Source: Hyphomicrobiales bacterium (GTDB lineage: Bacteria; Pseudomonadota; Alphaproteobacteria; Rhizobiales; Xanthobacteraceae). From it: a DNA stretch of 64,000 bases. The notes beneath the pieces were generated by a model. It made no database searches. It was not told the DNA's origin and saw nothing but the letters and a program-made list of their open reading frames with translations. The stretch spans positions 335 through 64,334 of the forward strand of contig JAKFUP010000025.1 of assembly GCA_021732625.1 (NCBI GenBank), in the 5' to 3' direction. How positions within the stretch are numbered: the first letter of the stretch is position 1; each line of letters begins with the position of its first letter. Positions 46,619-56,412 of this stretch are shown here, piece after piece. The position numbers were made by a program, and so were the translations under genes.

Positions 46619-46736
46619 CGTCATTGCGAGGAGCGTTAGCGACGAAGCAATCCAGTTTTTGTTCAGTTGCTCTGGATTGCTTCCGGAGCTTGTCATCGGG
46701 CTCGCCGCAGGCGAGACCCGGTGGCTCGCAATGACG
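46619..46736. repeat. Palindromic REP/MITE-like element, family 1 (second copy)
   Basis: It has the same outer arms (CGTCATTGCGAG / CTCGCAATGACG) and inner arms (GAAGCAATCCAG / CTGGATTGCTTC) as 8234-8353. It lies between lemA and the M48 peptidase gene. Confidence 0.85.
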
Positions 46737-46746
46737 TGCGTAGCTG

Positions 46747-47307
46747 CTAAAATTTAACCTGCGGAACCTGCTCGACCTGCGTCCGGGTCTCGCCGAGATC
46801 GAAGAAATCCTTCGGCGTGAAACCGAGCGAGGCCGCAAACAGCGCCGCCGGCAGTTGCTGGATGCCGGTGTTGTATTCCTGAACCGCATTGTTGAAGAAG
46901 CGGCGGCTGGCCGCGATCTTGTTCTCGATGTCGGACAGCTCGCTCTGCAACTGCTGGAAGTTGGCATTGGCTTTGAGGTCTGGATAGGCCTCCGACAGCG
47001 CGATCAGTTTGCCGAGCGAGGCAGTCAGCACGTTTTCGGCAGCGGCAACCTGCGCCGGGCCTTGCGCAGAGATCGCGGAGTTGCGTGCCTTGACGACATC
47101 TTCCAGTGTGCCGCGCTCGTGGCCAGCATAGCCTTTCACCGTCTCGACCAGATTGGGAATCAGGTCATGGCGCTGCTTGAGCTGCACGTCGATGTCGGCG
47201 AACGACTGGCCGACACGCTGACGCAGGGCGACGAGCCCGTTGTAGACGCTGAAAACCCAGAACGCGATGACTGCGAGGACGCCGAGAACAATCCAGCCGG
47301 TCGACAT
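46747..47307 (-). CDS. LemA-family membrane protein
   Basis: An N-terminal TM helix followed by YNGLVALRQRV...VQLKQRHDLIPNLVETVKGYAGHE...RRFFNNAVQEYN, typical of LemA. AGGAG lies upstream of the ATG at 47307. Confidence 0.88.
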   Translation of the reverse strand: MSTGWIVLGVLAVIAFWVFSVYNGLVALRQRVGQSFADIDVQLKQRHDLIPNLVETVKGYAGHERGTLEDVVKARNSAISAQGPAQVAAAENVLTASLGKLIALSEAYPDLKANANFQQLQSELSDIENKIAASRRFFNNAVQEYNTGIQQLPAALFAASLGFTPKDFFDLGETRTQVEQVPQVKF

Positions 47308-47551
47308 GCATAAACTCCTGATGGAAGAACGAAGGAAGGCAAGGTAGCCGAATATATGGTCATGCGCATCAGATCGAAGCGCAACTGGCACCTTTCGCTG
47401 CTCTTTTGTCGTCCGTGTTCGGGATAGGTTCAAACCGCCCAGTGCCGCAAGACCGTGGAGTGTCCGGATTTGTGACGGTTGGTTGATCGACTGCCCGTTG
47501 TGTCGATCAAAAAGGGCTTTTTTCTCGCGTCAGTTGGCGTAAACCTCAAGC

Positions 47552-48958
47552 ATGAGTGAAGTTCAGGCCCTGTTCGATGTGTTGCGCCAATCGGCGGATT
47601 CCGGTGCGGTCGAGGCAATCGAGCGCCTGGTGCGGGACGGCAAGGACCGCGACCTGTGCCGGGTCAACGTGCTCGAATTTGCATCGGGCAACAAGGTCGA
47701 TACCGAAAAGGCGATTGCCGCCTATCTCCATGCCGCCCGTCTCGGCATCTTCGATCTGTCATGGAATATGCTGTGTCCCGGTTGCGGCGGCGTGCTCGAC
47801 GCCGGCGAATCGCTAAAGACATTCGACCGCAGCGAGTATCATTGCTCGTTGTGCTCGGCCGGATACGAGCCGACTCTGGACGAGATGGTGGAAGTGACCT
47901 TCACGGTTAATCCGCGGGTGCGGCGGATCGCGGCGCATCATCCGGACGCGCTGCCCTATGCCGAGTATTGCCGCCAGATATTCTGGAGTTCGGGCATCGA
48001 TCTGCCCGACGACATATCCGGAGTTATGGATCAGTTTTCTATGGAGGCGCTGGAGCTGCCGCCGCGCGAAAAGGCGCTGGTCTCCATTCAGCTGCCGCAG
48101 CAATTCATCATCGTGTTCGATCCGGTGACGCACGGCACCCAGTTTATCGACGTGCAGGGCGAGCCGACCAAAGAGCGGCAAGAGCTTGCGATCGTCTTCA
48201 ACAACGTCAAGGCGCCGACCGGGACCACGAAACTGCGCCCGGGGCCGCTGCGTTTGTCGCTGGAAAATCGCACCGACCGGCGCGTGTTGCCGGGCGTCTG
48301 GATCGCCAATGATGCCTTGCATCATACGCTCGGCAACCGCCGTCCATTCTTGACCGCAAAGCGGCTGCTGACCAACCAGACGTTTCGCGATATCTATCGC
48401 ACCGACACACTCGACGTCGATCAGCGACTCAAGATCACGAGTCTGGTGTTCATGTTCACCGACCTGAAAGGCTCGACCGCACTGTACGAGCGGGTCGGCG
48501 ATCTCGTTGCCTATGATCTGGTGCGCCAGCATTTCCGCGTTCTCAACCAGATCGTCGCGACCGAAGCCGGTGCGGTGGTCAAGACCATCGGCGATGCGGT
48601 GATGGCGACGTTCCCGGCGCCTGATCGCGCGGTTGCGGCTGCGCTCAAGATGCGCGACGCGATGCAGACCATCAATCGTGACAACGACAATGAAGACCTG
48701 CTGCTCAAGATCGGCATTCACGAAGGCCCCTGCCTCGCGGTGACCCTCAACGACCGGCAGGATTATTTCGGCCAGACCGTCAACATGGCCGCGCGCGTTC
48801 AGGCGCTGGCGTCGTCGTTCGCGATCTTTGCCTCCGCGCCGGTGGTCGAAAACCCGCTGGCGTCGCAGATTCTCTCGCGGGCAGGTCTGGAGCCGGTGCA
48901 GCAGCGCGCGACGCTGCGCGGCATCTCGGAGCAGATGCTGGTCTATGAGATACCCTAA
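47552..48958 (+). CDS. Class III adenylate/guanylate cyclase with Cys-rich N-terminal domain
   Basis: C-terminal CHD motifs (FMFTDLKGSTALYE, VVKTIGDAVMATF, IGIHEGP, DYFGQTVNMAARV). The N-terminal region carries CPGCGG..(N20)..CSLC. Confidence 0.85.
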   Translation: MSEVQALFDVLRQSADSGAVEAIERLVRDGKDRDLCRVNVLEFASGNKVDTEKAIAAYLHAARLGIFDLSWNMLCPGCGGVLDAGESLKTFDRSEYHCSLCSAGYEPTLDEMVEVTFTVNPRVRRIAAHHPDALPYAEYCRQIFWSSGIDLPDDISGVMDQFSMEALELPPREKALVSIQLPQQFIIVFDPVTHGTQFIDVQGEPTKERQELAIVFNNVKAPTGTTKLRPGPLRLSLENRTDRRVLPGVWIANDALHHTLGNRRPFLTAKRLLTNQTFRDIYRTDTLDVDQRLKITSLVFMFTDLKGSTALYERVGDLVAYDLVRQHFRVLNQIVATEAGAVVKTIGDAVMATFPAPDRAVAAALKMRDAMQTINRDNDNEDLLLKIGIHEGPCLAVTLNDRQDYFGQTVNMAARVQALASSFAIFASAPVVENPLASQILSRAGLEPVQQRATLRGISEQMLVYEIP

Positions 48959-49929
48959 AATTTAACCGCATCGCCCCAGCGCCAACGGCGGGCGGATGCA
49001 TAAGATTCCTTGTCGCGGCGAGGGATTGCTGAAATCGAAGCGTTGCCGTCGCTCTTGCAAAGCTTTGTCCTGATCTCGACCTTGCTCATCAGTGGCTGCG
49101 CCAGCACACGGCCCTCCATCCGCGTGCGGCGCGGCTTCCGCGACACGGCAACATACGAAAACTTTTCATCCTCGTAGGGCACCTCGGCATTTTTCAATTG
49201 CTTGTGATCGCGCGACCGCGCGAGGCGCTGCGTGAAATGGCACCAGTCCGGCGCGGTCAGCGGACAGGGCTTCTGATGCGGGCAGGGTGCAATCGCATGC
49301 GCACCGTTCGCGATCAGTTGCGCGCGGCAATCGACGATTCGGCTGTACCCCGCCGGCGTACCGGGCTCGACGATCAGCAGCACATCGTGCGTCTTGGCCC
49401 ACATCAGATCGATGAGTTTTGCGCGCCTGTCGTCCGGCACCTCGCCGACGGCGTAGCTTGCGACGACGAGATCGGCGTCGTGCGCCACGCTCAGCTCAAC
49501 AAGCGCATCGCCCTGACGATAGTCGAGTTGCTTGAAGCGCCCATCGCCGCGCGCCAGATCGAGGGCGATGCTGCGAAGCGCCGCATTGGCATCGAGCATG
49601 GCGAACTGCTGCAGCGAGTGCATCGCCTGCGCCGCCGCCCATGTCGCCGTGCCCGGGCCCGCGCCGACATCAAGCAGGCTTGCAGGCGCGAACGTGTCGT
49701 CGATCCCGGCAATCGCTTCGAGACATGCGCTGACGGCGGCATACGTCGCAGGCATTCGCGCCAGTGCGTAAGCCAGCGCATCGTTTTCGCTGCGGATCGC
49801 GGCCGAGCCGCCGCCGCTGCGATAGGTCTGCGAGATCGTCTCCGCCCGCCGCGTGATATCGATGCGGGCGACGCCTTCGGTGAGGCGCGCCAGCGCGGCT
49901 TTCAGGTGAGACGGCAGATCGGAGGACAT
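48955..49929 (-). CDS. Rsm22-family SAM-dependent methyltransferase
   Basis: SAM motif LLDVGAGPGTATWAA and C-terminal Cys cluster (CPHQKPCP ... WCHF), as in Rsm22-like proteins. Confidence 0.7.
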   Translation of the reverse strand: MSSDLPSHLKAALARLTEGVARIDITRRAETISQTYRSGGGSAAIRSENDALAYALARMPATYAAVSACLEAIAGIDDTFAPASLLDVGAGPGTATWAAAQAMHSLQQFAMLDANAALRSIALDLARGDGRFKQLDYRQGDALVELSVAHDADLVVASYAVGEVPDDRRAKLIDLMWAKTHDVLLIVEPGTPAGYSRIVDCRAQLIANGAHAIAPCPHQKPCPLTAPDWCHFTQRLARSRDHKQLKNAEVPYEDEKFSYVAVSRKPRRTRMEGRVLAQPLMSKVEIRTKLCKSDGNASISAIPRRDKESYASARRWRWGDAVKF

Positions 49930-49972
49930 GTGGCTGATCCTCGCCCCGCAGGCAGGGCGAGGGGATTATGGC

Positions 49973-52900
49973 CTACGCCACGTTCTGGTCGAGAATCTTG
50001 ACCGCATTTTCGAGGTTGACCGACACCAGTTGCGACACGCCGCGTTCCGCCATGGTGACGCCGAACAAGCGGTTCATCCGCGCCATGGTGATCGGATTGT
50101 GGGTGATGATGATGAAACGGGTCTCGGTCGAGCCGGTCATCTCGTGCAACAGGTCGCAGAACCGCTCCACGTTGTGATCGTCGAGCGGCGCATCGACTTC
50201 GTCCAGCACGCAGATCGGCGACGGGTTGGTCAGGAACACCGCGAAGATCAGCGCCAGCGCAGTCAGCGCCTGTTCGCCGCCCGAGAGTAGCGACAGCGAC
50301 TGCGGCTTCTTGCCCGGCGGCTTGGCGATGATCTCAAGCCCGGCTTCGAGCGGATCGTCGCTTTCGATCAGGTGCAGCGCAGCTTCGCCGCCGCCGAACA
50401 GTTCGGCGAACAGTCGCTTGAAGTGGCCGTTGACGACCTCGAACGAGGTCAGCAGCCGCTCGCGCGCTTCCCGGTTGAGACTCTGGATTCCCAAGCGCAG
50501 CTTCCTGATGGCTTCGACCAGATCGTCGCGCTCGGTGGTCAGCGACGTGTGCTGGGCCTCGACCTCGCGCAGTTCTTCCTCGGCGCGCAGGTTGACGGCG
50601 CCCAAGCGCTCGCGATCGCGGCGCAGTTTTTCAAGTTCGGCTTCGGTCTCGGCGACCGGAGGCAACTCGGCATTCGGGTCGATCTCGGCCAGCGCCGCGA
50701 CGCCCTGCGGTTCGACCTCGAGGATGTCGTGGATTTCGCGTCCGATATCCTCGACGCGGCGCTTGGCGCCTTCCATGCGCTCCTCGGCGCGGGCGCAAGC
50801 CTCGCGGGCCGACGACAACGCCTCTAGCGAAGCGCGGGCAGCGCGGTCGGTTTCGGCCATTGCCGTCTCAGCCGCCGCCAAAGCGTCCGCCGCCGTGCGG
50901 CGATTGGCTTCGGCAGCCTCGATCTCGCTGATCAGCCCGCGGCGCTTCTCGGCAAAGGCAGCGGGAGCGTTTTCGAGCTCGGCGCGCTCGGTCTTCACTT
51001 CAGTGACGCGCGTCTCGATGGTCGCGATCTGCGACGATGCATTCTGCTTGCGCGCCTGCCACTCGCTGCTCTCGGCGAGGATCGCCTTGACGCGGCGTCA
51101 GCCAGCTCGGCCTCGCGGGCCAGCGCTTGCGCTTCGGCGCGAACGTCAGCCGCCTTCGTGCGATGGCCGGCGATTTCTTCCCGCACGCCAGCGAGCTTGG
51201 TCTCGGTTTCCTGGGTCGCGGGCGTTTCGCCGAGCGTTGCCACCGCGCCTTGATGGGCGGAGCGAGCCTCGGTGACGTCGGCCTCGAGACGAGCGGCGGC
51301 TTCGGCCAAGGCCGAGCGGCGCGCGGCGTGCCGGTTGATTTCGCGCTCGGTCGTGGCGTGCTTCTCGCGTGCAATGTTGGCGTCGCGCTGCGCGTTGCGA
51401 GAGGCTTCGCGCGCGGAGGACTCAGCGGCCGCTGCCGTCTTCAATTCCTGCTCTGCGGCTTCAAGCGCCTGACGCTTCGCGGCGGCGTCGGTGCGGGCGC
51501 TCTCAAGCTCGGCCTCGATGTCGACAAGGCGGGCGCGCTCGGCCAAACGCCGGGCCGCGCCGGTCGGTGCATGGGCAGCCGCGACGAAACCGTCCCAGCG
51601 CCAGACATCGCCTTCCGGCGACACCAGTCGCTGACCGGTTTTGAGTTCGTTGGCGAGCTGCGCGCCGCGCTCTTTCGCGACGACACCGATCTGAGCCAGA
51701 CGCCGCGCCAGTTCTGGTGGTGCTTTCACATGATTTGAGAGCGGGTCGGTGCCTTCAGGCAGCGCCGGGTCGTCTGAACCATCGCCTGCGAGAGTCCAGC
51801 GCATCGGCGCGGACGGATCGACCGGTGCGTCGAGATCGTCGCCGAGCACGGCGCCGATGGCCTTCTCGTAGCCCTTGGTGACGCTGATGCCGTCGATGAT
51901 TGGCGGCCACAGGTTCTTGGTCTCGCCGTTGACGATTTTCGATATCGTCTTGGCTTCGGTTTCGAGTCGTTGCACGCGACGGTCGGCGTCCGACAAAGGC
52001 GCGCGCGCGGCTTCCAGCTTGGCGCGGGCGCTGACGTGAACCGTCTCGCTGGCCTGCGAGGACGTTTCCGCGTGGCCCAGCAATTGTCCGGCGGCGTCCA
52101 TCGACGTAGCAAGTTCTGCGAGATCGCCGAGCGTTCCGGTCTCGCCTTCGAGCTTTGCGGTCTCGGCCGTGACGTTGGCGATCTCCTGATCGAGCCGTTC
52201 AACCCGGCTTTGATGCGAGCGAACGCTGGCTTCTAACTGGTTGCGCTTTGCGGTGAGATCGGCGAGCGCGGTGGTCAGTTCGGAGAACGTGCGTTCGGCT
52301 GCGGAGAGCGTTACCTCCGCTTCGCTGACGCGCTCGTCGGTGCCGCTGCGCTTCTCGACATGCGCCTTGATCTCGTCCTTGAGAGTCGTGTCCTCGGACG
52401 ACAGCCGCTCCAGTGCGGCATCTGCGTCGGACGACAGACGCTGTTCGCGTCCGATGTCGCCACCGAACTGCGTCAAACGCCGGTCGAGGTCTTCCATGCG
52501 CTCCTTGGCGCGCTGTTCTTCGCGGTCGAGCAGCTCGCGGGCGTTGGTCAACCGTTGCAGACCGGCGGCGGCGCGCGCTTCGGTGTCGCGCAGGCCCGGA
52601 AGCTCGGAGGCGCGGATCGCCTGGATGCGTGCGGCCTCGGCCTGCTCACGGGTGCGTTCCGCCATCTCGCGGACGGTGAGGTCGTGGTTGCGGCCGGCTT
52701 CCGTCACATCCGCGTTGGCTTCCAGCCAGCGCAGATGGAACAGCATCGCTTCGGCTTTGCGGACCTTGGCTGCGACTTCGCGATAGCGGATGGCCTGCCG
52801 CGCCTGACGCTTGAGGCCATCCATCTGGCCGGCCAACTGGCCGATCACGTCCTCGACGCGGGTGAGGTTGGTTTCGGCGGCGCGCAGGCGCAGTTCAGCC

Positions 52901-53439
52901 TCGTGGCGGCGGGCATGAAGGCCTGCGACGCCCGCGGCATCTTCCAGCACGCGGCGGCGCTGCTCGGGCTTGGCCTGAATGATTTCGCCGATCTTGCCCT
53001 GATGGACGAGCGCGGGCGAGCGCGCGCCGGTGGCGGCGTCGGCGAACAGCAACTGAACGTCGCGGGCGCGCACGTCGCGGCCGTTGATGCGATAGACCGA
53101 TCCGGCCTCGCGCTCGATGCGGCGGGAAATTTCCAGAATCTCGGCGTCGTTGACGGCAGCGGGTGCGGTGCGGTCCGCATTGTCGATCGTCATCACCACT
53201 TCGGCGTGATTGCGCGACGGCCGGTTACCGGAGCCTGCGAAAATCACTGAATCCATGTCCGTGGCGCGCAGAGACTTGTGCGAGGTCTCGCCCATCGCCC
53301 AGCGCAAGGCTTCGACCAGATTGGATTTGCCGCAGCCGTTCGGACCGACGACGCCGGTCAGACCGGGCTCGATCAGAAAGTCGGTGGGTTCGACAAAGGA
53401 CTTGAAACCGTGAAGGCGAAGACGTGTGAGTTTCATCAA
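49973..53439 (-). pseudogene. smc: Chromosome segregation protein SMC, reading frame interrupted near 51095-51100
   Basis: The N-terminal ORF 50995..53439 has Walker A GPNGCGKSN. The C-terminal ORF 49973..50998 has the signature LSGGEQ and Walker [11 protein letters not shown]. The C-terminal frame stays open upstream to a TGA at 51098-51100. SMC-like sequence switches frame after ...REAELAD. The joined length is about 1155 aa. Confidence 0.8.
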
Positions 53440-53731
53440 CGATGCTCGGTTGGCAGGTCTAATTGTGCTGCCGGGGCAATGTCCTAGCTGACATTACCAT
53501 CTTGCGGGATGAGTCGCAGGCTGCGGCTCAGATTGGGCGGACAATGGCGAGGGTGCCGGTCCAGAGCAACCGCCGGGGGCCGCTTTTCCCAAGGCTTTTC
53601 AAGCAGATTGGCGGGTTATCAAGAGAGAAAAATCTTTTGCCGGTTTTAAGCCGTTTCGGCCGCCGGCGCGATTGACCGGCGCACCGGTCAATCGAATCCG
53701 CAATACTGATTCGCGACAGCGTTATGAAAGC

Positions 53732-54523
53732 TCAGCTCTTGATCAGCGGCTTGAGCATCTTGTCGAACGCCTCGAACGAGGTGTCGCCCTTCAGCGGCGT
53801 GCCGTTGACGAAGAAGTACGGCGTCGAGTTCACCTTCAGCTTGGTGTTGGCGAAGTCGAGCGTCTGCACGATGCCGTCGAGCAGGCGCTTGCCGGTCTCG
53901 GTCTTCTTGTCGAGGCAGGCTTCGACCGCCTCTTCGCTCATGCCGGCCTGTTTGCCGATGCGCTTGAGCGTCGGCAGCGGCGTGCGGGCGAGGTCGTTCT
54001 GCTGCTTGAACATCGCATCGACCAGCGCGAAGTAGGTCGCCGAATTGTCCTTGGCGATGCAGCGCGCCACGATCGAGCCCGCGGCCGCGACTTCGTCGAG
54101 CGGGAATTCGCGGAAGATGAAACGCACCTTGCCCGAGTCGATGTATTCCGACTTGAGCTTCGGGAACACGGTGTTGGTGAAGTTCGCGCAATGCGGGCAG
54201 GTCATCGAGGCGTATTCGATGATGGTGACCGTTGCGTTCTCCGGTCCGAGCGCCATGTCGCCGAGTGGGCTCGGCGTTGCGATCTCAGCCGCGCTCTGGG
54301 CGGCAGCCTCGTCGATCAAGCTGAGGCCAGAAAACTTGAATGGCGAGATGCCGAGCAGGGCGGCGGCGCCGGTCATCGACAGAAGGGCTGAAAAAGCGCG
54401 GCGCGTGAGGATCAAAGGACTGCTCCGGATTGGACAAAAGCGCTCAAAATGAACGCTTTCGCTAGCTTGAAACGAGGATTGTGGCAATGGCGAGCCGGAA
54501 GCGCCGCATTGCCAAAGTGTCAC
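53732..54523 (-). CDS. DsbA-family thiol:disulfide oxidoreductase
   Basis: CPHC active site (YASMTCPHCANF) and a signal-like RRAFSALLSMTGAAALLG. The ATG at 54523 overlaps the upstream stop (ATGA). An alternative TTG start at 54415 with GGAG upstream would give a cleaner signal peptide. Confidence 0.8.
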   Translation of the reverse strand: MTLWQCGASGSPLPQSSFQASESVHFERFCPIRSSPLILTRRAFSALLSMTGAAALLGISPFKFSGLSLIDEAAAQSAAEIATPSPLGDMALGPENATVTIIEYASMTCPHCANFTNTVFPKLKSEYIDSGKVRFIFREFPLDEVAAAGSIVARCIAKDNSATYFALVDAMFKQQNDLARTPLPTLKRIGKQAGMSEEAVEACLDKKTETGKRLLDGIVQTLDFANTKLKVNSTPYFFVNGTPLKGDTSFEAFDKMLKPLIKS

Positions 54524-55014
54524 TTTCCTTTGATCGTTCCCTGTTGGATCGTGGCGCCGAGACGGGCCAATGCGCTGCGCAGCTTGTCATCCTGGACGCT
54601 CCCCAGCGTGCCTTCGATCTCTGCGACCTTGGCCGAGTCCAGCGCGGGTCTGCGCTTCGGCATTTCCCGGCGGGACAGCGGAGCTTGCCGGAGTGCGATC
54701 CGGCCGATCGCGTTCCAGCCGAAGAAGGTGTTGACGCGCTGGAGAATGGCATCCGATGAATGCTGGATTTCCAGCGCCATCGGGCCTTCGACGCGGAGGA
54801 TCAATGTCGCCGGTTCGGGTGGCTGGTCGCCGACCGGGCGTGGCCACTGGATTTTCAGCGGCTCGGAATGGGCAGCGACCTCCGTGCCCGCAATCTCCGC
54901 CCAGCGCGTCACCAGTTCGCGCGAGGCAAAGCCTTGTTTGGCGAACACGTCGTTGATGGTGCTGCCGAGCAGCACCGACAATGGCTTTGCGGATATCGGG
55001 CCGGGTTTGCTCAT
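54520..55014 (-). CDS. DUF721-family protein
   Basis: About 164 aa from MSKPGPISAKPL. The track ORF's extra N-terminus (MAGSSPAMTV) is a translated repeat element. This is the typical alphaproteobacterial mutY-divergent context. Confidence 0.65.
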   Translation of the reverse strand: MSKPGPISAKPLSVLLGSTINDVFAKQGFASRELVTRWAEIAGTEVAAHSEPLKIQWPRPVGDQPPEPATLILRVEGPMALEIQHSSDAILQRVNTFFGWNAIGRIALRQAPLSRREMPKRRPALDSAKVAEIEGTLGSVQDDKLRSALARLGATIQQGTIKGK

Positions 55015-55029
55015 GGGTTCCTTATACAC

Positions 55030-55115
55030 CGTCATGGCCGGGCTTGACCCGGCCATCCACGTCTTTTGATCGCACAAGAAAGACGTGGATGCCCGCGACA
55101 GGCGCGGGCATGACG
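55030..55115. repeat. Palindromic element, family 2 (second copy)
   Basis: CGTCATGGCCGGGCTTGACCCGGCCATCCACG ... CGTGGATGCCCGCGACAGGCGCGGGCATGACG, in the divergent DUF721 / mutY spacer. Confidence 0.85.
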
Positions 55116-55150
55116 TGGAGAGTTGGGGATCCAGCGGTTAGATTGATGGG

Positions 55151-56242
55151 ATGAGGGTCATTGCAGCCAGACGAACACGAGTCGCGGAACGATCACCACC
55201 GGATCGTGCGGCGCTTCTGCTCGCCTGGTACGATCGGCATCGCCGCCGGCTGCCATGGAGGGCGCTGCCCGGCGAGCGCTCCGACCCCTATGCCGTGTGG
55301 CTGTCGGAAATCATGCTGCAGCAGACCACGGTGAAGGCCGTCGGGCCGTACTTCGAGAAATTCCTGTTGCGCTGGCCGACGGTGACGGCGCTTGGAAGTG
55401 CCTCGCTCGACGATGTGCTGCGGATGTGGGCCGGGCTTGGGTACTACTCGCGTGCGCGCAATCTGCATGCCTGCGCCGTCGCGGTGATGCGCGGCCACGC
55501 CGGTCGTTTTCCTGACACCGAGCAAGGTCTGCTCGCCCTGCCGGGCGTCGGGCCGTATACCGCCGCCGCGATTGCGGCGATTGCGTTCGATCGCAGGACG
55601 ATGCCGGTCGACGGCAATATCGAGCGCGTGGTGTCGCGTTTATTTGCGGTCGAAGAATCGCTGCCGCAGGCGAAGCCACGCATCAAGCAATTCGCCGAAA
55701 CCCTGCTCGGGCCGTCGCGTGCAGGCGACAGCGCACAGGCGCTGATGGATCTGGGTGCCACGATCTGCACCCCGAAGAAGCCCGCGTGTTCGCTGTGTCC
55801 GCTGAACGACAACTGCGCGGCGCTCGCGCGTGGCGATCAGGAGACGTTTCCGCGCAAGGCCGCGAAGAAAACCGGCGAGTTGCGGCGTGGGGCGGCGTTC
55901 GTCGTCACGCGGGGCCGAGAACTGCTTCTGCGCACGCGGCCTGCGAAAGGCCTGCTGGGCGGCATGACCGAAGTGCCGACGTCGGACTGGCTGGCTGGGC
56001 AGAATGACAAGGCTGCGCTGAGGCAGGCGCCTGCGATCAAAGGTGCGAGCAAGTGGCATCGCAAGGTTGGCGTGGTGACGCACGTGTTCACGCATTTCCC
56101 GCTGGAGCTTGCGGTCTATACGGCCAGCGTTCCGGCACGCACCCGCGCGCCGGACGGCATGCGCTGGGTGGCTATTGGCGATGTGAAAGACGAAGCGCTG
56201 CCGAACCTGATGCGCAAGGTCGTCGCGCACGGGATGGAATAA
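55151..56242 (+). CDS. mutY: A/G-specific adenine DNA glycosylase
   Basis: The motifs WLSEIMLQQTTV, GLGYYSRARNL, LPGVGPYTAAAIAAIAF and the FeS cluster loop C..(6)..C..C..(5)..C (CTPKKPACSLCPLNDNC) are present. Confidence 0.9.
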   Translation: MRVIAARRTRVAERSPPDRAALLLAWYDRHRRRLPWRALPGERSDPYAVWLSEIMLQQTTVKAVGPYFEKFLLRWPTVTALGSASLDDVLRMWAGLGYYSRARNLHACAVAVMRGHAGRFPDTEQGLLALPGVGPYTAAAIAAIAFDRRTMPVDGNIERVVSRLFAVEESLPQAKPRIKQFAETLLGPSRAGDSAQALMDLGATICTPKKPACSLCPLNDNCAALARGDQETFPRKAAKKTGELRRGAAFVVTRGRELLLRTRPAKGLLGGMTEVPTSDWLAGQNDKAALRQAPAIKGASKWHRKVGVVTHVFTHFPLELAVYTASVPARTRAPDGMRWVAIGDVKDEALPNLMRKVVAHGME

Positions 56243-56245
56243 ATT

Positions 56246-56403
56246 CCTCCCCCTTGTGGGGAGGGTCGGTCGAGCGCGCAGACCGGCGTGCCGGTCGCGT
56301 GCGGAGGCCGGGGTGGGGGTAAAGTCACGCCGTAATTTGATGAGTTGTCCCCACCCGACTGGCCTGCGGCCAGCCACCCTCCCCACGCAAGAGCGGGGGA
56401 GGG
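56246..56403. repeat. Large palindromic element, family 4 (CCTCCCCCTTGTGGGGAGGG ... CCCTCCCCACGCAAGAGCGGGGGAGG)
   Basis: Nested inverted repeats, including CCGGGGTGGGGG / CCCCACCCGAC, between the convergent mutY and monooxygenase genes. Confidence 0.75.
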
Positions 56404-56412
56404 ATAAGTGCG

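Noticed and set aside
53668-53697. Perfect 11-bp-stem hairpin CGATTGACCGG-CGCA-CCGGTCAATCG downstream of the dsbA-like gene as a rho-independent terminator.
   Set aside because: There is no adjacent U-tract on either strand. It may still be a structural or protein-binding palindrome in the smc promoter region, but I cannot support a specific call.
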